From a virus: a DNA stretch of 64,000 bases. The notes below the pieces were generated by a model. It was given only the letters and a program-made list of their open reading frames with translations. It was not told where the DNA came from and searched no databases. Made by a program: the position numbers and the translations under genes. The stretch is from the IMG/VR virus record IMGVR_UViG_3300024239_000017; one strand, given 5' to 3'. Positions within the stretch are counted from its first letter, which is position 1. The number at the start of each line of letters is the position of its first letter. This document shows positions 37,894-47,842 of this stretch, one piece after another.

Positions 37894-38349
37894 TTATTTA
37901 TTTAAATTTTTAATTCTTTCCAAAACGTCATTACCTGTATGACCATCAAACTCAAACAAAGCTTTGTCTACTTCTGGAATTTTAAATAAATCCCAATCTT
38001 CTGCTTTGTAATGATTACTAATTAAACCTGTTGGAAGCATTGCAGAAACAATAAACCATCCTCCTCCGAAACATAACTCTCCATCTGAATGTCTCCAAGA
38101 TTTGTGCACATTGTATTTAGGTACATTAAACAGTGCTTGTCCAAAATCAGAACTAGTCTCTAAATTTTCAGCCCATTCATTAAACAAAGCCGCATTATAT
38201 ACTTTTCTAAATTCATATAGTTCGTTAAAGGTGTGATAACCGTCTGATAATTCTCCAATATCTACTACTTCGTCTTCACTTACTATTTGATCTTTTTTAA
38301 TAGAGGAATACTCTATAACATAATTTTCTTGTTTTTTAAATACTTTCAT
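37894..38349 (-). CDS. conserved phage protein (SDGYHTFNELY...FDGHT; WDGH-like)
   Basis: Family motif recognised. Confidence 0.7.
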   Translation of the reverse strand: MKVFKKQENYVIEYSSIKKDQIVSEDEVVDIGELSDGYHTFNELYEFRKVYNAALFNEWAENLETSSDFGQALFNVPKYNVHKSWRHSDGELCFGGGWFIVSAMLPTGLISNHYKAEDWDLFKIPEVDKALFEFDGHTGNDVLERIKNLNK

Positions 38350-39059
38350 TATTTTTTATTTTTAATTATATCAAAATATCTGTCTTTTAACATTCTAACA
38401 TATAAATCATTGGGTACACCATAATTTCCTATTGCCCACATATCATTGAATTCAATAATTGTATAACTATCTGAATCATTGTAAAATCCTATATCCATTA
38501 CAAATGTTTCTGGAAAATTTTTAAAAGTAGAATCATCTAATTTATTAAAATTATTAACTGCTCCTATTAAATTTATATCCATTCTACCTGAATAATGTCT
38601 AATATCCACTATTTTATTTCTAAAGACATAGAATCTCCATTCAGAGTCTAAATTTATCACCTGTTGTATTATAATATCTAATTCTTTATCCAATGTATTC
38701 AACATTGATTTTGAGTAGTCATCTACTACAAATCCTGTAAAAGCTTTTATAGATTTTGGTTTAATAAATACAGGATATTCATACTTAAAATCTTTAAGCT
38801 TCATTTCTTCATAAGGTCTAAGATTATTTATAGGTAATCTTGGTTGTTCTATACCAACCCTATTAAATACCTCTGTCATAAATTCTACTGAACCTACAAA
38901 CAGGTTATTTTTTATAAGCGAGTCAAATTTTCCATTTTTAACTTCTTCAAAAGATACTAATATATAATCTAACCCTAAATCTATTGCGCCATACATTGCG
39001 CAAGCACAATCAAAATGATGTGGAATACCCTCATTATCCCTTTTTTGTATGTAAATCAT
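38349..39059 (-). CDS. ATP-grasp domain protein (R2K/DUF4343-like)
   Basis: VGSVEF, PVFIKP...K.FTGFV, SEWRFYV, FVMDIG and IIEFNDMWAIG.YG. Confidence 0.8.
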   Translation of the reverse strand: MIYIQKRDNEGIPHHFDCACAMYGAIDLGLDYILVSFEEVKNGKFDSLIKNNLFVGSVEFMTEVFNRVGIEQPRLPINNLRPYEEMKLKDFKYEYPVFIKPKSIKAFTGFVVDDYSKSMLNTLDKELDIIIQQVINLDSEWRFYVFRNKIVDIRHYSGRMDINLIGAVNNFNKLDDSTFKNFPETFVMDIGFYNDSDSYTIIEFNDMWAIGNYGVPNDLYVRMLKDRYFDIIKNKK

Positions 39060-39363
39060 TTCTCAATTTTACTTCTAAATCTGCTAATAAATTCCAAACT
39101 GCGGCACCTTCATGAGTCATATGTCCAAATTCAATCATATCTTCTACTACACCTTCTTCAGTCATATGTCTTAATGACGCTTCTTTATATCTAGTTTCTG
39201 CGTTTTTAAGCCTAGAAAAATTCTGCCAATCAGTATCAGTTTCGTGATATTTATTATGACCAGCCACACTGCATTCAATTACCGCTTTTAATGCTAATGG
39301 GAACTGTTTAAATAATACTGTATAGTAAGGTAACTTACCATTATCTCTTTTTACACCTTCCAT
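39034..39363 (-). CDS. dATP/dGTP diphosphohydrolase-like (DUF5664-like) protein
   Basis: GVKRDNGK...G.NKY...NF...RY..A.LRH...H..A..WN. Confidence 0.7.
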   Translation of the reverse strand: MEGVKRDNGKLPYYTVLFKQFPLALKAVIECSVAGHNKYHETDTDWQNFSRLKNAETRYKEASLRHMTEEGVVEDMIEFGHMTHEGAAVWNLLADLEVKLRNDLHTKKG

Positions 39364-39365
39364 AT

Positions 39366-39611
39366 TTATTTTCCTCTCTCTAATAATTTTAATTTATAAT
39401 TTTCTAAAAATTCTAAGTACTCTTTCTCTTTATCTTGACTTGATTTGAGAAATATATTAATTTTTTCAGATATTTTTAATGGTGGTTTTCCATTTAATGT
39501 ATTAATTATCTTACTACCAAAACATACATCGCAAGGTACTTGTCTTGTATTTAAAGATGTATATTTTGGATCAATACCTGTTCCGTTACAAATAGGGCAT
39601 TTTTGAAACAT
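39366..39611 (-). CDS. zinc-finger protein (CxxCxGxG)
   Basis: CPICNGTG...CDVCFGSK. Confidence 0.7.
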   Translation of the reverse strand: MFQKCPICNGTGIDPKYTSLNTRQVPCDVCFGSKIINTLNGKPPLKISEKINIFLKSSQDKEKEYLEFLENYKLKLLERGK

Positions 39612-39760
39612 AATTTAATTTTTTTTATTAAACAATCTTATAAAATTTCTTTTCTTAAGTCTTCTATCTGTGTTATACCATAATAATCCTTCCTCTAAAT
39701 CTACAGAAGGTTCAAAATGATATATTAATCCTAATATAATTATTAGTATAAAAAATGATG

Positions 39761-41428
39761 TCATATTTCTAATATTAAAGGTTCATTTATAAATTCTTGA
39801 GTGTCTGTAAACCACACTCCTTCTTTAAAAGTATGCTTTTTACGTGCTGTATGTCCTACTACTTGAATATAATTATCTATTTTTGATTCTAATAAACTTT
39901 TAGGTCTAATCCAAAAAGGCGATTGCCAAAAATTTTCTCCATAAGAATCAGATCTATATTTATAGTTCATACCACCTATTGTGTTAAAATAACTATGTTG
40001 AAAACAAAAAGCGAATATTTCTCTTTTAAATAAATCATTTATACTTTCTTCTAAATTATCTAAATCAATATCATACAAATCACACCATGTTTTAGAAACC
40101 CCAGCATGTACAAATAAATAATTATCTATTACCTTACATGCTTTTAAATCTCCGTTTAAATACATTGGTTTAAGTATATCATTAATAGTATGATAAAAAG
40201 TATAATTAAACCCCGAACAGGCGCAATTGGAAGTTATATAGGATAAACAATTACCTGTTATAAATACTTTACCATTTCTTCTAGCAATAAATGTACCATT
40301 AGGTAGTGTAAAACAAAATACTTTTCCAGTATAATTAATAATAGATGAATATTTTTTAATATTAAATTCTACTGAATTTCTGTCTAATGCCACATTTAAA
40401 ACATAATGTCCTCTAGTTGTTTTTTTAATAAAACTCCTAATATTATTTAAGGTACATAATTCTTGAATAAATGTTAAGGCTTTATAATTACCATGGATGG
40501 TTGCACTTTGATTTTTAGTATAACCATCTGCTTTTATATATGTATTTAAAAATATATCAAATTGTCTTCTTGATAATTTTCTCAACCATTTTGGAAAATC
40601 ATATCTATCCCCTTGGATTAAGTTTTCTAATATACTACCTTGAGGTATATTAAATGTCACACTTTTCTTACAACTTTTTAATTTTACACCGCAGATTTGC
40701 GATATTTTCCTGTCCCTAATTTGTTTAGAAAATTTAACATTAAGTCTATTTAAAAGATTTTCAATAATTTCAATATTGTTTTCTTTACTTTGATGTATTG
40801 CATACGATGTTCCCCTAGTTCCTTTTCTAAGAGAACCATCACTTAATATCCATGCTACTAAATCTATCTCGTCATCTAGTATATCATATTCTTTATTTTT
40901 ATTATTTCCAGCTGTTGGAATTTTTAATGAAGACCTTGATTCTATGTTAAAATCTTTGGCTTTTTTGAAAATATACCCGTTATTTGTACCATTTTGTAAT
41001 TCTCCTAAAATTCTGTGTTCTGGTGTCATAAGCATACTAACATTATTAGACTCGAATAAATACATTTCTCCATCATAATCTTTAAAAATTATATTAGACG
41101 GATATTGATATTCAATATAACCAGTTATATTATTATATGTGGCTATTTTATTCGGATTATTATTATAATCTCGAATTGTTTTAAAACCGTCTTCAGTTAA
41201 TACTTCTGTATCTTCAGATAAACAATGGTTCCCAGCCAATAATATTACTTTATCTTTATTATCTTCATAAAACTTTTTAATATCTAAAAAATTACTTATT
41301 TGAATTTCATGTGGAATATCAAAACTATCAAAATAATCTCCTAAGAAGATATATAAATCTGCTTCTTCCTCTACTTGTTTTTTCCACAAATCTCTTCCAT
41401 GGACATCTGATATTACTACTATTTTCAT
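39761..41428 (-). CDS. calcineurin-like metallophosphoesterase with intein
   Basis: SDVHG, LGDYFD, GNH, FVHAGV, FWIRP and QVVGHT. Confidence 0.9.
   Translation of the reverse strand: MKIVVISDVHGRDLWKKQVEEEADLYIFLGDYFDSFDIPHEIQISNFLDIKKFYEDNKDKVILLAGNHCLSEDTEVLTEDGFKTIRDYNNNPNKIATYNNITGYIEYQYPSNIIFKDYDGEMYLFESNNVSMLMTPEHRILGELQNGTNNGYIFKKAKDFNIESRSSLKIPTAGNNKNKEYDILDDEIDLVAWILSDGSLRKGTRGTSYAIHQSKENNIEIIENLLNRLNVKFSKQIRDRKISQICGVKLKSCKKSVTFNIPQGSILENLIQGDRYDFPKWLRKLSRRQFDIFLNTYIKADGYTKNQSATIHGNYKALTFIQELCTLNNIRSFIKKTTRGHYVLNVALDRNSVEFNIKKYSSIINYTGKVFCFTLPNGTFIARRNGKVFITGNCLSYITSNCACSGFNYTFYHTINDILKPMYLNGDLKACKVIDNYLFVHAGVSKTWCDLYDIDLDNLEESINDLFKREIFAFCFQHSYFNTIGGMNYKYRSDSYGENFWQSPFWIRPKSLLESKIDNYIQVVGHTARKKHTFKEGVWFTDTQEFINEPLILEI
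40250..41224 (-). mobile_element. intein with LAGLIDADG endonuclease (325 aa)
   Basis: GNH|CLSEDTEVLT...TPEHR...LVAWILSDGS...YIKADG...VFCFTLPNGTFIARRNGKVFITGN|C. Confidence 0.92.
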
Positions 41429-41439
41429 AATTATATTTT

Positions 41440-42483
41440 TTAAATATCAAGTCTTATTCCAACGCAGACAGGAAATCTTGGCGCTCCGTCATCTGTATAT
41501 TCAAAAAACCTTATTTCTGCTATAGAACCTATATAATCTTCTTTATTAATTAATACTTCTTCCCTAAATTTATGTGGAAATTTCATACCGCAACCAAATG
41601 TTACACCATTGTGTTCGCATACAAATATTCCATGAGTAGGTCTTTTTTCAGATGGAATAACATCTATAATTTCACAAGCTATATCTTTAAAATCTTTATA
41701 TTTTAATAGGGTTGATGATCTCTTATTGATTTCATATTTTCCATATGGAATTCTAACTATTGTACCCTCGTAACCTTCTGATAAAAATTTAGAATGAATT
41801 TCATTTAATTCATCTGTATTATTTACTATATATGTTGGGGATAACTCGATATACTCTGACTCGTTGTTTTCAATAATACTTTTTAATAATTTATATCTAT
41901 CTTCAAAAACTAATGAAGTATCAACCAAATCATATACAATATATTTGACTTTTTCTGATTCATTTGGAGTATATTTTTTTATAAGCTTCATATTTTCCTG
42001 AAAAGAAAGTCCGTGTGCATATAACTCTCCATCTAAAACCTCGTTTAAATGTGCAAGTGTATCCATAATATGTGGCATGGTGTCTATTTCTTTATTCTTT
42101 CTTGATTTAAGAATATTTTTTTGTTTTAAACATCTCATTCCGTCATACTTAGGTTGAACGTATACAGGATAACTTACTTTATGTACTTCCTCTTTAAAAT
42201 CTTTAGCTAACATAGGTAATACTACAGTCTCATTATTAGCTTCGTCTATTGTTTTGTAATAACCTTCGTCTAATTTTTTTAATAGTTTAGATTCTGCTTC
42301 TAACTCTGCTTGTCTCTCAGGAGTTGTTTCATTAGATTTACCAATGTTTTTACCGATACATTTGCTTTCGTTGTATACCACAGCTCCATCTAATACTCCA
42401 TGTTTTTGTACTACTTTATCACCTTCGGGATAAATTTCAACAAATCTTATTTTATCTTTTGAATCTTTTTTATATAAAATCAT
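41440..42483 (-). CDS. ATP-dependent DNA ligase
   Basis: PMLA, QPKYDGMRC, LDGELY, GYEGTIVR, LLKYK and PRFP. Confidence 0.93.
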   Translation of the reverse strand: MILYKKDSKDKIRFVEIYPEGDKVVQKHGVLDGAVVYNESKCIGKNIGKSNETTPERQAELEAESKLLKKLDEGYYKTIDEANNETVVLPMLAKDFKEEVHKVSYPVYVQPKYDGMRCLKQKNILKSRKNKEIDTMPHIMDTLAHLNEVLDGELYAHGLSFQENMKLIKKYTPNESEKVKYIVYDLVDTSLVFEDRYKLLKSIIENNESEYIELSPTYIVNNTDELNEIHSKFLSEGYEGTIVRIPYGKYEINKRSSTLLKYKDFKDIACEIIDVIPSEKRPTHGIFVCEHNGVTFGCGMKFPHKFREEVLINKEDYIGSIAEIRFFEYTDDGAPRFPVCVGIRLDI

Positions 42484-42530
42484 ATTATTTCTTTATTAGT
42501 ATTTTCTCTGGTATATTCTATTATTATAAT

Positions 42531-43226
42531 TTAATTTACATAAAACCATTGTCTATTTAAACAATGACTTGTTTTACCATTAATATTTGCCCTTATATTT
42601 GCTCTACCAATTTTTAAAATTTCAGAGGCTTCTGTAACAGATTCGAATATTTCTCCTCTATCTGTTCCAACTGGTTTTCTACGTTTGGCAACAGATTTTC
42701 TATTTGCTTCAAGCCATTTTTCAGTTTTACACATTTCCTGAATCCTTAATTTTTCTTTTTCTTTATATTCATCTGTTTGGCGAGCTTTTTTACATTTTTC
42801 TAACATTTCTGATAATCTACTATTAAAATGTTTTCTTCTAATTCCCCGAAGTTCATCTGTATAAGAATTTATAACACCTTGTCTATGTTTTTCTTTTATT
42901 TCATCATTTGTAATAGTATTACCTCCTGTAGCCGATTTACTTAAATTAAAGCAAAAATCTTTACCTTTCAATACATACTCATTTAAATATATTTGTTCTA
43001 TTTCTTTGACTTTAGACTTATCTGATATTTCTTCTAAAATTTCAAAAACAAAATTATCTTCACCATATTTATTCCAAGATTTTTGAAGATAATCGTTTTC
43101 ATGATAATTATTTCTAAGTCTTTGTTTATGTTTTTTAAATCTTTGCTTAAAACAAACTTCTGTACTACCTATATAAATTTTATTATTTACTTTACAAGTA
43201 ATCTTATAAATTCCAAATTTTTTCAT
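42531..43226 (-). CDS. GIY-YIG homing endonuclease
   Basis: GIYKIT...NNKIYIGS...R...H...LQKSWNKYG..NF.FEILE; NUMOD-like C-terminus. Confidence 0.9.
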   Translation of the reverse strand: MKKFGIYKITCKVNNKIYIGSTEVCFKQRFKKHKQRLRNNYHENDYLQKSWNKYGEDNFVFEILEEISDKSKVKEIEQIYLNEYVLKGKDFCFNLSKSATGGNTITNDEIKEKHRQGVINSYTDELRGIRRKHFNSRLSEMLEKCKKARQTDEYKEKEKLRIQEMCKTEKWLEANRKSVAKRRKPVGTDRGEIFESVTEASEILKIGRANIRANINGKTSHCLNRQWFYVN

Positions 43227-43232
43227 AATATT

Positions 43233-43341
43233 AAAAAAGAAACCCTTTTTAAATCAATGGTAGGTCTGAAGTACCATTTCAATAAAAAGGGTTTAATATA
43301 TTGTTAAATGTTCTATAGTTTCAGACCAACATTATAGAACA
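43233..43341 (-). promoter_or_regulatory. structured 5' leader (hairpin + 8-bp pseudoknot/kissing pair) of the GIY-YIG gene
   Basis: GGTCTGAA is complementary to loop TTCAGACC of hairpin AAACCCTTTTTA...TAAAAAGGGTTT, which is followed by CTTTTTT. Confidence 0.6.
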
Positions 43342-43371
43342 AATATAATAAATCTTTTAATATCTTACAAA
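43340..43371 (-). promoter_or_regulatory. Bacteroidota-type promoter
   Basis: TTTG-N20-TATATTTG on the - strand. Confidence 0.75.
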
Positions 43372-43400
43372 AGTATTAATTTTAAAATTAAAAAACAAAT

Positions 43401-44288
43401 TTATTTAAAAATATCATCAAAAGTAGATGCTTGGAAACCCGCACTCTGGGAGTGCCCACCCCCGCCACGTTCTCTTGCTATTTGTGAAACATCTACTTTG
43501 TCTCCAACACTTCTAAGACTTATTCCCCAATTTCTACCATTGTAAGCAAAACCAATCATTAAATCATGTTTTGAACTATCAAACTTTGAAGCAAGTGTAT
43601 CTGAACTCATAAAGTTAGTATTTATACATAAAGCTTTTAGTCCGTTATAAACTTCTTTTTCAAAAGCATAACTTGTGGCTCTTGACTCATCCATTTTTTT
43701 CTCATACTCCATAATTGATTTACCTATTTCAATCATTTCGTCCAATATGTCCTCATAATATAATTCTTCTGCGCTAATAAACCAATAATCTTTAACATCT
43801 TCTGGTTTATTTACCCTACCGTATAAAAAGTATTTTAAAGGTAATACAGAGGTTTCCCATTCATTAGTCCCATTGGCTCTCCAAGTATCATATTTTCCAA
43901 CTAATTCTACAATTGGAGGTACATATCCAAAATAATGTTTAAACCCTAATTCACATGCTGAAAGTTTGTCATCATAGATATATTCAAATGATACTAGAAA
44001 TGGAAAATCATCTACTTGTTTTTTAAAACTTACGTGATGATCTATTACTGTTAATTTTGTTTTTGTCCCAAGTTCCTGTAAAATATCAAATGGAAATGTA
44101 ATATCAATTAATATTACTTCGTCATATCCTTCCATACTTTCGAATGAAGGTACTTCATCTCTATAATCCCATCCCATCAATTCGATGTCAGGATATTTAT
44201 ATTTTAATACTGCTCCTGAGAAAAAACCATCCATGTCTTTCGAATGGTAAAATCCTAATCTTTTTAATGTGTCTTGTTTGTTTTCCAT
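43401..44288 (-). CDS. DHH/DHHA1 phosphoesterase
   Basis: YH..DMDG, IDHH, D.W, SLRS and GGGGH..SAGF. Confidence 0.9.
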   Translation of the reverse strand: MENKQDTLKRLGFYHSKDMDGFFSGAVLKYKYPDIELMGWDYRDEVPSFESMEGYDEVILIDITFPFDILQELGTKTKLTVIDHHVSFKKQVDDFPFLVSFEYIYDDKLSACELGFKHYFGYVPPIVELVGKYDTWRANGTNEWETSVLPLKYFLYGRVNKPEDVKDYWFISAEELYYEDILDEMIEIGKSIMEYEKKMDESRATSYAFEKEVYNGLKALCINTNFMSSDTLASKFDSSKHDLMIGFAYNGRNWGISLRSVGDKVDVSQIARERGGGGHSQSAGFQASTFDDIFK

Positions 44289-44299
44289 TTTAAATTTTA

Positions 44300-44518
44300 T
44301 TATCTATATAAAGGTAAATTTGATAAATCTGCATATAATTGCACTAAGTTTAAATCACCTCCTGTCATATACTGCTCCCATTTTCTATCAAACTCACCGC
44401 TATCTATTAGATCTTCGTTTTCGTTATCTTCAAAAAATTCGTCTACTAAATCATTAGGTATAATATACCAATGGCTTGACTCATCTTGTACTGCATTTAC
44501 TTTTTGTAAATTTTCCAT
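44300..44518 (-). CDS. hypothetical acidic protein
   Basis: Packed ORF (QDESSHWYIIP). Confidence 0.65.
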   Translation of the reverse strand: MENLQKVNAVQDESSHWYIIPNDLVDEFFEDNENEDLIDSGEFDRKWEQYMTGGDLNLVQLYADLSNLPLYR

Positions 44519-44524
44519 ATTATA

Positions 44525-44719
44525 TTATTTTAATCTTTTAAATTCAGTTATTTCTTCTACCAATTGTATATTTTCATAACATTCTCCGTCAAAAACGTCA
44601 GTTCCATTTTTATTTAACCATTTTTCCAATTCTTTTATTTTTGGCTCTTTCTCACTTTCGATAAAGTAAATGTAATCATCGCCACTTTCACTTTGTGTTA
44701 CAACTGCAAATTTTTTCAT
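44525..44719 (-). CDS. hypothetical protein
   Basis: Packed ORF. Confidence 0.6.
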   Translation of the reverse strand: MKKFAVVTQSESGDDYIYFIESEKEPKIKELEKWLNKNGTDVFDGECYENIQLVEEITEFKRLK

Positions 44720-44726
44720 ATTATTA

Positions 44727-44873
44727 CTATTCTTTTACGATTTCTAAAATTTCTTTTTCTGATATTATGTCTCCGTCAATTAATTTGTATCTTCCGTCTT
44801 CTAAAACTTCTTTTACTTTAATCTTTATGTTTCTCTGTTTCAAAATAACATATAATATTTTCTCTTTTTTCAT
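44727..44873 (-). CDS. small hypothetical protein (48 aa, MKKEKILYV...), not in the ORF track
   Basis: Read manually; fills the gap directly after a promoter repeat. Confidence 0.5.
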   Translation of the reverse strand: MKKEKILYVILKQRNIKIKVKEVLEDGRYKLIDGDIISEKEILEIVKE

Positions 44874-44876
44874 ACT

Positions 44877-44909
44877 GCAAACATACGAAAAATTTTTGAC
44901 ATATGCAAG
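44877..44909 (-). promoter_or_regulatory. conserved promoter repeat
   Basis: CTTGCATATGTCAAAAATTTTTCGTATGTTTGC. Confidence 0.8.
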
Positions 44910-44915
44910 TATTTT

Positions 44916-45896
44916 TTATTTTTTTATTCCAAACCCCATATCTACTAATTTTTTATATGCTTCACCTACGTCCTCGTTACATTCATAATGTATAAATAAG
45001 CTACTAGGATTATACCCTTTACTATTATCTAATGATGTACTAGTACTAAAACAATTAAATATTTTTGTATAAGTATCTAATAGGGCAGAAGTAGGAGAAG
45101 ATTTCCCTGGTCTTTTAAATCTAATGTTTTTACCATATAATCCACCTACTGCACTCCATCCATTTGATTCAAGTAATCTTACTACATCACCTCTATTATT
45201 ATAATCCTCGAAAGGAGGTACTTTCCATTTGTCATTATGTATATTTCTTCTACTATCTTTTTTATCTACCTTTCGTATCTCATCAAATTCTCTAGCTGTA
45301 TTTAATAAAATTTCATACTCTTCTAAAGTTATCTCTGATATTTTACCATACACTTTTTCGTATCCTCTAGTAGGAGATATTAGAATATATCCACCCTCTC
45401 CCCTTGTCTCTATTAGAACCCTACTAATATCATTTGAGGCGATTTTTAATGCCTTACTTTTAGTTATAGGATTCTCAAAATGATCCATATATGTACGGTG
45501 TTTTTCATCTGCTGTTGTAAATCTAGATGCTAGTTTCTGATTTCCTTCAACAATTTTAGGACAAGAAAAAACAAAGTGGAATCCACCACTCTGAGTTTTC
45601 TGTACAAACATTTTTTTAAGTAATGTTTTTGGTATTCTAGACTTATATCTTTCTATTAAATCTCCTGAAAAATCATATTTCAAATCAAAGTCTAATGCAG
45701 TTATTTTATTCTTTCCTCCACATATAAGAGCCATGCCATAGGCATTTTTAAAATGTAGTTCACATTCTTCATCTGTCATCACTCTATTTTGAAATTCTCT
45801 CCAACCCCTTATTGTTGGAACTTTGTTAGTACCTACAGGTATAACTGAATACCCTTCTTTTGAATATGCTTTCGCTAATTTAATAAAATCAGTCAT
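44916..45896 (-). CDS. bifunctional DNA primase/polymerase (Prim-Pol) domain protein
   Basis: YSVIPV...K.P...W, ALDFDLK, KTQSGGFH and ETRGEGGYI..SPT.GY. Confidence 0.88.
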   Translation of the reverse strand: MTDFIKLAKAYSKEGYSVIPVGTNKVPTIRGWREFQNRVMTDEECELHFKNAYGMALICGGKNKITALDFDLKYDFSGDLIERYKSRIPKTLLKKMFVQKTQSGGFHFVFSCPKIVEGNQKLASRFTTADEKHRTYMDHFENPITKSKALKIASNDISRVLIETRGEGGYILISPTRGYEKVYGKISEITLEEYEILLNTAREFDEIRKVDKKDSRRNIHNDKWKVPPFEDYNNRGDVVRLLESNGWSAVGGLYGKNIRFKRPGKSSPTSALLDTYTKIFNCFSTSTSLDNSKGYNPSSLFIHYECNEDVGEAYKKLVDMGFGIKK

Positions 45897-45907
45897 ATAT
45901 CTTTGTT

Positions 45908-46615
45908 TTATTTAAATAATTCTAAATATTTTGTGTAATATTCGGAGATTTCTTTTGCTACTTTTCTTACGTCTTTTTCTAAAAACTTCTCTATATTCTT
46001 CTTAATATAAGGTGTTTCTATATACTTTGTTTTTCCTGTCAGTCTTAATGGACTTTTAGGAGAATTATTACCTGCTCTGTCTAAAATAATTACTCCACAA
46101 TCAACTATTTCATAACCTTCTAAATCTCGAGCATAGGCATAAACACCTGTCTGTTTGTAATCATTTGAAGCATAAAAACCCTCTTTTTTAACAATAGAAC
46201 CTGTTTTATAATCAAATACAGACAATCTATTTTCTTCCAAATAAGTACATCTATCCATAAAACCCTCTATAACAAAATCCCCCATATCTATTACAATAAG
46301 GTCTTCATATACTGAATTTTTAGGAAGCTCTAATCCCTCTAAAACCTCTTTATCAAAATCTGATAATAGATGTTTATACTCGTCATGTACAGAAATATCT
46401 CCAGTTCCTAAAGCTTCTATATATGTGCCGCACGCAGATCCAAATTCAGCAAATATACCACTTGGTAGTTTTATACCTGCGATATATTGTTTAATATATC
46501 CTGCTTTATATGTTGGATCTAACCAACTTGATATTTGACTATATGATAATTTTGGTTTACCATTAAGATGTTCATACTTTCCTGATTTATCTTCAAACTG
46601 TCTAGGTAATATCAT
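45908..46615 (-). CDS. PD-(D/E)XK (Cas4/RecB-like) exonuclease
   Basis: LSYSQI..W, FGS, GFMDR, DYKTG and Q...Y. Confidence 0.8.
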   Translation of the reverse strand: MILPRQFEDKSGKYEHLNGKPKLSYSQISSWLDPTYKAGYIKQYIAGIKLPSGIFAEFGSACGTYIEALGTGDISVHDEYKHLLSDFDKEVLEGLELPKNSVYEDLIVIDMGDFVIEGFMDRCTYLEENRLSVFDYKTGSIVKKEGFYASNDYKQTGVYAYARDLEGYEIVDCGVIILDRAGNNSPKSPLRLTGKTKYIETPYIKKNIEKFLEKDVRKVAKEISEYYTKYLELFK

Positions 46616-46838
46616 TATTTCTTTTTTTTAAAATTTCAACATTTTTTAATGTGGAATCCATTGTTGATCCCATGATGTAAGAAGTATAATTAACTAAATC
46701 ATTATAACCTATAACTAATGTTTCAGGTACTACATTTTCAGGTAAATCAAATAAAGTTCTAATTAGTTCCTCTACTTTAAAACCATCTATTCCATCATAA
46801 CTATCTTCTACTGTTAGTACTACTTTTGTTTCTTCCAT
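46602..46838 (-). CDS. hypothetical protein
   Basis: Packed ORF, start MEETK. Confidence 0.6.
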   Translation of the reverse strand: MEETKVVLTVEDSYDGIDGFKVEELIRTLFDLPENVVPETLVIGYNDLVNYTSYIMGSTMDSTLKNVEILKKRNNDIT

Positions 46839-46839
46839 T

Positions 46840-47841
46840 TTATTTTTTAATATTTTTGATAAAATCACTTATTTCTGCTTTCTTTGCTTGTACAACATCT
46901 GAGTTATCAGTATCCATAAATTCACTTCTTATATAAATATTTTCCAATAAATTCTGTAAGTAAGATTTATCTTTTACTGTTAATTTTTTACCTTCAAGTC
47001 TTTTTACGATCCCTTTTTTTACTGTATCTGATAAATAATTTGTTGAGTATAATAGTTCCAATAAATTTATCTCGTTAAAATCGTCACCGTCTTTCTCAAC
47101 TTCTTTTGTACTTGATCCACTATTATCTATAGGTGATCTATCTACAAAATCAGTAAAAGGTTTTTGAAATTGCATTTTAAGAAATAGATTCATTGTTGCA
47201 AATACATCCTTTTTAACATAAGGGATTATCTTATTTATACCGTTGGTATAATATTCATTACTTACCATTGAGCCATCAATATCATCTTTACTACTATCTA
47301 AGTCATAATGATATAACATTTCATCTAGTGACATATTGGCATAATGTGTTCCTCTAATAACTTCTAATAAATCTACTATATTTTTTAATTCCCAAGGTTT
47401 TTTACCTGAAGTTACAAATCTATCAGGTATAATTTCAGTAAAATCAAAATATTTAGATGCATTTGTATATATAAAAGGTAAATCATATCCTAATATATTT
47501 ACTCCACATAGATAATCAAATTTAGAAGCAATTACTATGAACTCTTTTAAGATTTCTTCTTCTGTACCACTAAGATGTTTGATAAAAGCATCTCCTGCTC
47601 TAACATATCCAACACCAATTGTTATAATAGTAGAGTACCCCATTTTTAATGCCGCTCTTCTATTGTAATCTTCCAAAGTCTCTTCTATACTAGGAAGTTC
47701 ATCCGTATCTTTATTACGTATTTTCTTTCTGTATAACTCAAACTCTTTTGAATTTACGTCCAATGTTTCATTTGCTCTTACTGTTTCAATATCAAAAAAC
47801 AATGTTTTTTCAATTGGTAATCTTTTAAAATTTAAATTCAT
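46840..47841 (-). CDS. PolB-type 3'-5' exonuclease domain protein
   Basis: FFDIETV, G.NILGYDLPF, KPWE, SLD and Y..KDV. Confidence 0.85.
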   Translation of the reverse strand: MNLNFKRLPIEKTLFFDIETVRANETLDVNSKEFELYRKKIRNKDTDELPSIEETLEDYNRRAALKMGYSTIITIGVGYVRAGDAFIKHLSGTEEEILKEFIVIASKFDYLCGVNILGYDLPFIYTNASKYFDFTEIIPDRFVTSGKKPWELKNIVDLLEVIRGTHYANMSLDEMLYHYDLDSSKDDIDGSMVSNEYYTNGINKIIPYVKKDVFATMNLFLKMQFQKPFTDFVDRSPIDNSGSSTKEVEKDGDDFNEINLLELLYSTNYLSDTVKKGIVKRLEGKKLTVKDKSYLQNLLENIYIRSEFMDTDNSDVVQAKKAEISDFIKNIKK

Positions 47842-47842
47842 A

